Part shown: positions 56,193 to 64,000 of the stretch, piece after piece
Layout of the letters: the number at the start of each line of letters is the position of its first letter
Position numbering within the stretch: position 1 is the stretch's first letter
Source: Flaccisagitta enflata
Taxonomy: Eukaryota
Assembly (NCBI GenBank): GCA_965153355.1
Contig: OZ231126.1
Span: 34,038,001 to 34,102,000, forward strand
DNA length: 64,000 nucleotides
Reading direction: 5' to 3'
Program-made: the position numbers and the translations under genes
Notes under the pieces: model-generated
What the model was told of the DNA's origin: nothing
Seen by the model: the letters and a program-made list of their open reading frames with translations, nothing else
The model's database searches: none

Positions 56193-56387
56193 CTCTGCTT
56201 GTGACTGATGCTGTTTTTGTTGTTGCTGATGGTGGTGATGTTGTTGTCTTTGATGGTGCCTTTGTTGTCAATGATGGTGGTGACCTCGTTGTTGTTGTTG
56301 GTGACCTAGTTTTTGATGTTGCTAACACCGATGATGCACCTGATGATATTGTGATATTTGGTGACATTGTAGAGACCAAAGAAAAAT
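56193..56387 (-). CDS. Predicted internal exon A1: Ser/Thr/Pro-rich mucin-like module (xFSLVSTMSPNITISSGASSVLATSKTRSPTTTTRSPPSLTTKAPSKTTTSPPSATTKTASVTSR)
   Basis: Acceptor catgtag| and donor AG|gtagta on the minus strand; 195 nt, phase 1-1. The paralogous copy at 57754 differs only by frame-preserving indels (-18 and +6 nt). The acceptor choice is the weakest part of the model. Confidence 0.6.
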
Positions 56388-56680
56388 CTACATGGTTTGG
56401 AGGAAATGACTATGCACTGTTCAATCAGGAAGGAAGATAGGTGCTGTAAGTATAAACAGGAAATGTTGGGATAATTTGTATGTTTTGGTCTAGGTAGTAT
56501 ATGCAGCAACAGAAGTCATGCCACAACACAATATCTTAAAGGATTAAGATGCAATGCACAATTTTGATTGTATAAAAGCATTCCTTTTAAAGAATCTAGA
56601 ATCTAAAAATTGCAAAATACATGTAGCAAATTAATCATTTTCACAAGTGATTTTTTCTTATCTAAAGCAGATGAAGTACA

Positions 56681-57296
56681 CACTGTGCTTTTAAAACAAT
56701 TCTGAGTGAAAAGTCATATAACTGTGGGTTTTTCTGCATTTTTGAGCATTATTAGGGTGTAAGAGCATGTAACTAGCAAAAACAAAATCATTCCCTGAGC
56801 GCTTTTTGAGTGATCTTCAAAATCAGAAAAAAATAGACCTATTTTCAATGCAGATTCTTCTGGGATGTGTTGACTAAATTCCTGAATACATATTGTTAAT
56901 CTATGCAAAATTCCCTTTCATTTGATAGGTCGCACTCTATATTTTTGCAAAAAATTGAAATTTTCATTTTTTGAGTCACCGTTACAAAAAAGTAACGGTG
57001 GCTCAAAATATGAAAACCTAATATCTATATAAAACCATATAGTGTGACCTATCAAATGAAAGGAAATTTTGTATAGAATAAAAATATGGAATCAAAAAAT
57101 GAGTCAATACAATTCATTAGAATTTGCATTAAAGATAGGTTTAATTTTTTTTTATTTTGAAGATTATTCAAAAAGCGCTCGGGGAATGATTTTGTTTTTG
57201 CTAGTTACATGCTCATACACCCCAATACTGCTCCAAAAGGCAGAAAAACCCACAGTTATATGACTTTCCACTGAGAATTTTTTTAAAAGCACAGTG
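56681..57296. mobile_element. Palindromic MITE with CACTGTG...CACAGTG termini and a 4-bp TACA target duplication (Chapaev-like)
   Basis: Long TIRs spanning most of the element; the empty site gaagTACAgtgggacc is visible in paralogous sequence at about 58383 and 63854. Confidence 0.85.
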
Positions 57297-57753
57297 TACA
57301 GTGGGACCCTGGCTCCATAACAATGCCTTCAAAGGTGTCACGCCTTTAAAGGGCAAGATACTCAAGTCAAAAAATTACTCAGGCATTTGTAATTTCAAAA
57401 ATTACCAAGCTTAGCAGCCCCTTCTTTGAAAGTGACTTGCCTTTTTAGGTCAATTTTATTGGGCCCTTTAACTTATCTCCCCTTTAACGAAGGTCAATTT
57501 CTAGTATTTGATAATAAGACAGAATAATAACAAGTTGAATAATGAAAATTATCATCAAACAATTATTTGCAAAGAATTAGCATAATACATTTGAATTTCT
57601 TGTTAGTATTTATCTCATGGCAAATATGATGTTTTCCATATCATGATGATAAAACTATGTCAACAGGCCCCCTCTCAGGTCATTAAGACCATTAACCCGA
57701 GGTCCTGCTGTATATTCAAATGCTTGGATCTTGATTTGAAGACATTTCAATAC

Positions 57754-58097
57754 CTCTGCTTGTGACTGATGTTACTTTTGTTGCCATAGATTGTGATAAT
57801 ACTGTTGTTGTTATCTTTGATGGTGCCTTTGTTGTCAATGATGGTGGTGACCTTGTTGTTGTTGGTGGTGACCAAGTTTTTGATGTTGCTGACACCAATG
57901 ATGCACCTGATGACATTGTAGAGACCAAAGCACAAGGTCGGATACACGGCAATCCAGTCGCGCATGGTTGGGCAGGAGCAGTAATGCAAAAACTGCCTTG
58001 AATTCAAAAATGTGACGGACGGACGGATCTACCAACCAACCAACCTACCAACCGACCAACACGGTAAGGTGTAGAGTTGCAAGTCCGCAACTAAAAT
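57754..58097 (-). pseudogene. Tandem-duplicated copy A2 of the mucin-like exon, interrupted just after its acceptor by a HINE (57932-58095)
   Basis: Aligns with 56193-56387 including both intron flanks; donor AG|gtattg; the HINE is absent from copy A1. Confidence 0.6.
57932..58095 (-). mobile_element. HINE family A inserted in exon copy A2
   Basis: Both termini; empty site at 56375-56395. Confidence 0.9.
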
Positions 58098-58944
58098 CTA
58101 CATGGTTTGGAGGAAATGACTGTGCACTGTTCAATCAGGAAGGAAGACAGGTGCTATAAGTACAAGCAGGAAATGTTGGGATAATTTGTATGTTTTGGTC
58201 TGGGTAGTATATGCAGCATCAGAAGTCATGCCTCAATACGATATTTTAAAGGCTTTAGTTGCAATGCACAATTTTGTTTGTATAAAAGCATTCCTTTAAA
58301 AGAATCTAGAATCTAAAAATTGCAAAATACATGCAGCAAATTAATCGTTTTCACAAGTGTTTTTTTCTTATCTAAAGCAGATGAAGTACAGTGGGACCCC
58401 GGCTCCATAACAATGCCTTTAAAGTGAGTCCGGTCACATTTTTGAAATTATGACTTTTTATGGTTTTTAAGGTAATTTAAGGTACTCTAGGGTATCTTAG
58501 AATACTTTAGGGTACTTTAGGGTACTTTAAGGTGCTTTCAGGTATTTTCGGGTAATTATAGGTACTTTTGATATTATTGATAAATTTTTAGTATTTTAGA
58601 GTACATATGGGTATTTTTGAAGATTTTTGATTAATTTTGGGTACTATAGGGTACTTTAGGGTGCTTTAGGGTACTTTTGGGTACTTAAGTTATTCTAGGT
58701 ACTTAAAGTACTTTAGGGTACTTTCAGGTATTTTCGGGTAGTTATAGGTACTTTTGATGTTTTTTGATAAATTTTTAGTATTTTTGGGTATTTTTGGGTA
58801 TATATGGGTATTTTTGGGTATTTTTAGGTATTTTGGACATATGTATTTTTTGAGTAATTTTGTGCATTGGTTTTAAAACGTGGCTAATGTTATTAAGCGT
58901 AATTGTTTGAGAGCATGTAAACATAAAGCTTCATTAAGATCCCT

Positions 58945-59580
58945 TGTAAGAGTATGTAAGAGTATGTAAGTGTGTAAGTAAGTATGTAATTATGTAAGTA
59001 CGTAAGTATGTAAGTATGTAGGTAAGTATGTAAGTATGTAGGTAAGTATGTAAGTAAGTAAGTATGTATATAGAGTATGTAGGTAGGTAAGTATGTAAGT
59101 ATGTGAGTATGTAGGTAAGTATGTAAGTATGTAAGTATGTAAGTAAGTCTATGTGGGTATGTCAGTATGTAAGTATGTGATAGAGTATGTAAGTATAAAG
59201 TAAGTATGTAGTATGTAGTATATGGTATGTAGTAGGTAGTATGTGTAAGAGTATGTAGGTAAGTATGTATGTGAGTAAGTATGTAAATAGTATGTATGTA
59301 AGTATGTAAGTAGATAAGTATGTAAGTATGTGTGAGTATGTAGGTAAAATAATAACAGAGTCTGTAGCAAGTAGAGTATGTAAGTAAGTATGTAGGTATG
59401 TAAGAGGTAATGTGAAAGTATGTAAATTATGTAAGTAAGCATGTAAGTATCTTAATTATGTAAGGTATGTGAGGTATGTGGTAAGTATGTAAGGAGTATG
59501 TGAAAGTATGTAAAGTATGTCCCAGTACATAAGTATGTTAGTATGTAGGTAAGTATGTAAGTATGTTGGTAAGTATGAAA
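58945..59580. repeat. Degenerate (TAAGTATG)n satellite, continuing at 62900-63800
   Basis: Read directly; split by the foldback insertion at a TA. Confidence 0.95.
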
Positions 59581-59594
59581 GTCGTAGTAGAGTA

Positions 59595-60501
59595 CAATGC
59601 GGAATCAAAGAACTGGTGATAGGAGAAGCCATATCTCTCCAAGTACAAGGATATGAGATATGAAAATTTTCTGTGGTGTGCACCTATATTTCCCACAACC
59701 CCCGTAAGGGTTTGGAGCTATTCCGGGCAGTTTTTGTTTTTGGTTGTCAAATTTTTATTTCTTAAAAAATCATATTGTAGGCCAAATTTGTTTCAAAATT
59801 TCATTTTTATGTTACATGTAGTTAATACCCAGAGCTACAAATTTCATTTTTTGAAAAAATATTTTCAGCCAATATTTAAGAGAACGACACTAATAAAAAC
59901 AAAATTTCAAAAAAATGAAAAATTGCTATATTTTCTAAAATAATTGGCTTAACATAATGTTTATATTCAGTAATTACTGAGAACCCTCCATGTGTATGCA
60001 AAATTTCAACTCCCATACTTGAATTTTAAAGGAGTTATGGGATTTTGAAATTTTGATAATTTTTGGTAAAAAACATTTTTTCTTATAAAATTTTTTTTTG
60101 TGAACCATTTTTCATGAAATTTCATAGACAAACAAAGTAATTGATATTTTTTTGCTTCCAAAAAAAATTTGGGCACTGCGACCCCCTTAAAAAAAAATTT
60201 TCTCAAGAGTATGGTGTTATTTTCTAGGTTGAATAAAAACTGTTCCTGTTATCGGATCAACTTCATTTTTGGAGGGATTATCAACCTACATCTGCAGTAA
60301 CTATGTTTAAAATTTCAAGTAAATCGGATTAGTCGTTCCGGAAATATTCAAGTTCAAAGTGGAAAGGGCGAGCTAAAATCACTGTTTCTGTGGTATTTTA
60401 ATGATAAGTCTTTATAGCTACAAGTGTCTTAAAAATGAAATAAAGTCATTCCAAAAGTGTTGCAAATAGGTGTGGAATATGTCCCTGCAGCATAACCAAC
60501 C

Positions 60502-60534
<33 letters not shown>

Positions 60535-62899
60535 GGATTCCACAGTCTCTAAAAATACTTCAAAAAAACTGCAAATACCTTTTTGGCATTTTTCTACATT
60601 TTAGGGTGTAACGCATGATAAACGATATCCCCATCCCCAGTACACATGTGTGTGTTATCATAAATGTTCAGTTTTCCCTCAAAAATTTATTCATTTCCAC
60701 CACGCTTTAAGCACAAAAATTTTGGTTTAAAATGGCAAAAAATGCGATTTTTAGAATTTTTTAAGCTGTTTTTGGGGTGTAATGCATATTAAACAATATC
60801 CCCATCTCCAAACTTTTTGTGGCATAGTAGTCCATGATAGGACAGATTCTCCCCAATTTAATCATTTCCGTCCGCTTTGGGCATAAAATTTTGGTTTAAA
60901 ATGACAAAAATGCCAATTTTGAATTTTAAGCTGTTTTTGGGGTGTAATGCATATTAAACATTATCCCATCCAATTTTTGTGGCATAGTAGTCCATGATAG
61001 GACAGATATTTTAAAAAAATTATTAAGCCTAAATCTGACGCTTTAAGCACAATAATTTTGGTTTAAAATGGAAAAAAATACGGAAATGAATAAATTTTGG
61101 GGGACATCTGTCCTATCATGGACTAATACATGCTACAAAAAAATTTGGAGGATGGGGGATGTCGTTTAACATGCATTACACCCCAAAAACAGCTTAAAAA
61201 ATTCTGAAAATCACATTTTTTGCCATTTTAAACCAAAATTTTGTGCTTAAAGCGTGATTTGAAATGAATAAATTTTGGGGAGATCTGTCCTATCATGGAC
61301 TACTATGCCACAAAGAATTTGGAGATGGGATATTGTTTAATACAGCATTACACCCTAAACAGCTTAAAAAAAATCTAAAATCGCATTTTGCCATTTTAAA
61401 CCAAAATTTTTGTGCTTGTAAGTGTGATGGAATGAATAAATTTTTGGGGGGATATCTGTTCTATCATGGACTACTATGCCACAAAAAATTTGGGGATGGG
61501 GATGTCATTTAATATGCATTACACCCCAAAAACAGCTTTAAAAATTCAAAAAATTGTATTTTTTTGGCTGGTCAAACCAAAATTTCAGTATAAAGGATGG
61601 AAATGAATAACCTATGGGGGACATCTGTCCTATCATGGACTACTATGCCACAAAAAATTTGAGGATGGGGATGTCGTTTAATATGCGATACTCCCCAAAA
61701 ATGTGGCAAAAAATGCCAAGAAAAGGCATTGTTTGCAGTTTTTTGGTGCCTATTTTTAGTCGCGTGCTACGCGACTCTACACCCCGCTTTGTCGGTCCGT
61801 CCGTCCGTCCGTCGGTCCGTCGGTCCGTCACACTTTACTGTCACACTTTACTTTTTCGGCGTTTATGGGGTTTTTGGCTATACCGCTCCTGCCCAAATGC
61901 TCCACTGACCTAAAATATGGCCCCTGCCCACCCGCACGCGACTGGGGTAGCCGTGTATCCGGCCTTGTTTTAGAGACTGTGAAATCCAAAAATTTTGGTT
62001 GGTTATGCTGCAGGGACATATTCCACACCTATTTGCAACACTTTTGGAATGACTTTATTTCATTTTTAAGACACTTGTAGACACTTAAAGACTTATCATT
62101 AAAATACCACAGAAACAGTGATTTTAGCTCGCCCTTTCCACTTTGAACTTGAATATTTCCTGAACGACTTATCCGATTTACTTGAAATTTGAAACATAGT
62201 TACTGCAGATATAGGTTGATAATCCCTCCAAAAATGAAGTTGATCGGATAACAGGAACAGTTTTTATTCAACCTAGAAAAATAGCTTAATTTTAGCACTC
62301 TTGAGAAAAAAATTTTTTTAATGGGTCATAGTGCTCCAATTTTTTTGGAAGCCAAAAATATCAATTACTTTGTTTGTTCATGAAATTTCATAAAATGGTT
62401 CACAAAAAAATTTATAAGAAAAATGTTTTTTACCAAAATTATCAAAATTTCAAACCTATAACTCCTTTTAAAATTCACATGAGTTGAAATTTTGCATACA
62501 CATGGAGGGTTCTCAGCAATACTTCCATGCCAAAAATTACTATGCTAAGCTAATCATTTTAGAAATTATAGCAATTTTTCATTTTTTTGAAATTTTGGGT
62601 TTTTAGTGCCATTTCCTTAAAAATTGGCCAAAAATATTTTTCAAAAAATGAAATTTGTAGCTCTGTCCATTGTTTACATGTAACATAAAAACAAAATTTT
62701 AAAACAATTTTTGCCCACAATAGGATTTTAAGAAGAAAAAATTTTTGAGTAACCAAAACAAAATGCCCGGAACAGCTCCAAACCTCATTGGGTGGGGGTA
62801 CCATAGGTGCACACCACAGAAAAATTTCAGATCTCATATCCTTGTAATTGAAGAGATATGGCTTCCCTCCTTATCACCAGTTCTTTGATTCCGGTACTG
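59595..62899. mobile_element. 3.3-kb foldback element, TA-flanked, with inverted internal ~180-bp tandem repeats
   Basis: Left arm ggaatcaaagaactggtgatagg... mirrors right arm ...cttatcaccagttctttgattccggtactg; symmetry continues to a centre near 61075; a HINE is inserted in the right arm only. Confidence 0.9.
61755..61968 (+). mobile_element. HINE family A in the right arm of the foldback
   Basis: Both termini; the mirror arm at about 60545-60560 shows the empty T-run target. Confidence 0.9.
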
Positions 62900-64000
62900 T
62901 AAGTATGTAAGTATGTGAGTATGTAGGTAAGTATGTAAGTATATAGTAAGTATGTATGTAGGTATGTGGGCATGTAAGCATGTGTTAAAGTATGTATGAT
63001 GTAAGTATGTAGCATGTATGGCAATCACATAAGTATGTAAGTATGTAGCACAATGTATGTGTAGGTAAGTATGAAAGTAAGTAGTATGGCATGTAAGTAG
63101 GTAGGCATGTACATGTGGAGTTATGTATGTAAGATGTATAAGTATGTAAGCAGGTATGTAGGTATGTGGGCATGTAAGCATGAAGTACATAAGTATGTAA
63201 GTATGTAAGTATGTTACATGTATATGTAAGCATGTGTTACGTAAGTATGTTAGTATGTGAGCATAGGTAAGTAAGTATGTGGGCATGTGTTATGTAAGTA
63301 AGTGTAAGTATGTAAGTAGGTAAGTGTATGTAAGTATGTGAATATGTAGGTGAGCATGTAAGTATGTAAGTACATGTAGGCATGTGGCAAGTATGGGCAA
63401 GTATGTATAAGCACATGTATATATGTATGTAACTATGTATTATGTAAGTATGTAAGTATGTATGTATGTATGAAAGTATGCAGGCAGCATGTATGTATGT
63501 ATGTGTGTATGTACGTTTGTATGTATGGCATGTATAGCATGTATATGCAAGCAGCATGTAAGTATGTATAAGTATAATAAGTATGTAAGTATGTAGTATG
63601 TATGTAAGTATGTAAGTAAATATGTAAGTATGTATGTATGTAAGTATGTAAATATGTATGTTAAGTATGTAGTATGAAGTTATGTAGTTGTGTGTAGTAT
63701 GAAGTTGCGTAGTTTTGTGTAACTAAATATGTAAGTATGTTAAGTATGTAGTATGAAGTTATGTAGTTGTGTGTAGTATGAAGTTGTGTAGTTTTGTGTA
63801 ACTTAGCACGCGACTGTTGGCCTGTTGGGCTTGTTTTCTTATCTAAAGCAGATGAAGTACAGTGGGACCCCGGCTCCATAACAATGCCTTTAAAGGAGTG
63901 ACGCCTGTAAAGGGCAAGATACTCAAGTAAAAAAAAACCTCTATTTGGCGCCATTTGAAATTAAGAATTTAACCCTTTCTTAGCTATGAATTTTAAAAAA

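Larger units (their letters stand above)
58425..63833 (+). mobile_element. 5'-truncated composite HINE family C carrying gggtattttt and taagtatg satellites plus the nested foldback
   Basis: Start matches 51-330; ends with gcacgcgactgttggcctgttgggcttgt, like the termini at about 404-433 and 32182-32210. Confidence 0.7.

Noticed and set aside
56135-58001. Plus-strand V/D/G-rich ORFs (56135-56440, 57762-58001)
   Set aside because: Splice signals and phase compatibility support the minus strand; not fully excluded.
58490-58720. ttaggg words suggesting telomeric repeat
   Set aside because: They are part of the 10-bp agggtacttt unit, not tandem hexamers.
59149-63954. H/T/Y/L-rich ORFs
   Set aside because: Translations of the TAAGTATG satellite.

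Overview
Repeat-dominated eukaryotic DNA, most likely from an invertebrate animal. I found no prokaryotic genes, rRNA, tRNA or CRISPR array, and most ORFs in the supplied track are microsatellite or transposon artefacts. The window holds: (1) roughly 40-45 copies or fragments of non-autonomous Helentron-like (HINE/DINE-1-type) elements in at least three families; (2) many TA-flanked MITE and foldback elements, including a 3.3 kb palindrome; (3) a CAC...GTG TIR element at 32517-34803 that still carries a C-terminal DDE-transposase-like fragment missing from the ORF track; (4) a previously unannotated multi-exon gene on the minus strand (about 49066-58097, probably extending past the window end), built from duplicated symmetric phase-1 exons (Ser/Thr mucin-like, coiled-coil, Asp-rich) that splice into a stop-free 342-codon frame; (5) a compositionally similar coiled-coil/polyQ/acidic pseudo-exon at 39022-40304, broken by a 120-bp HINE and two TAG codons; (6) a 24-bp coding-like Asp/Thr/Ala repeat at 7245-7667. 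All calls were made by eye and no database search was run. HINE strand follows the DINE-1 convention (tttagt...cttgt = +).
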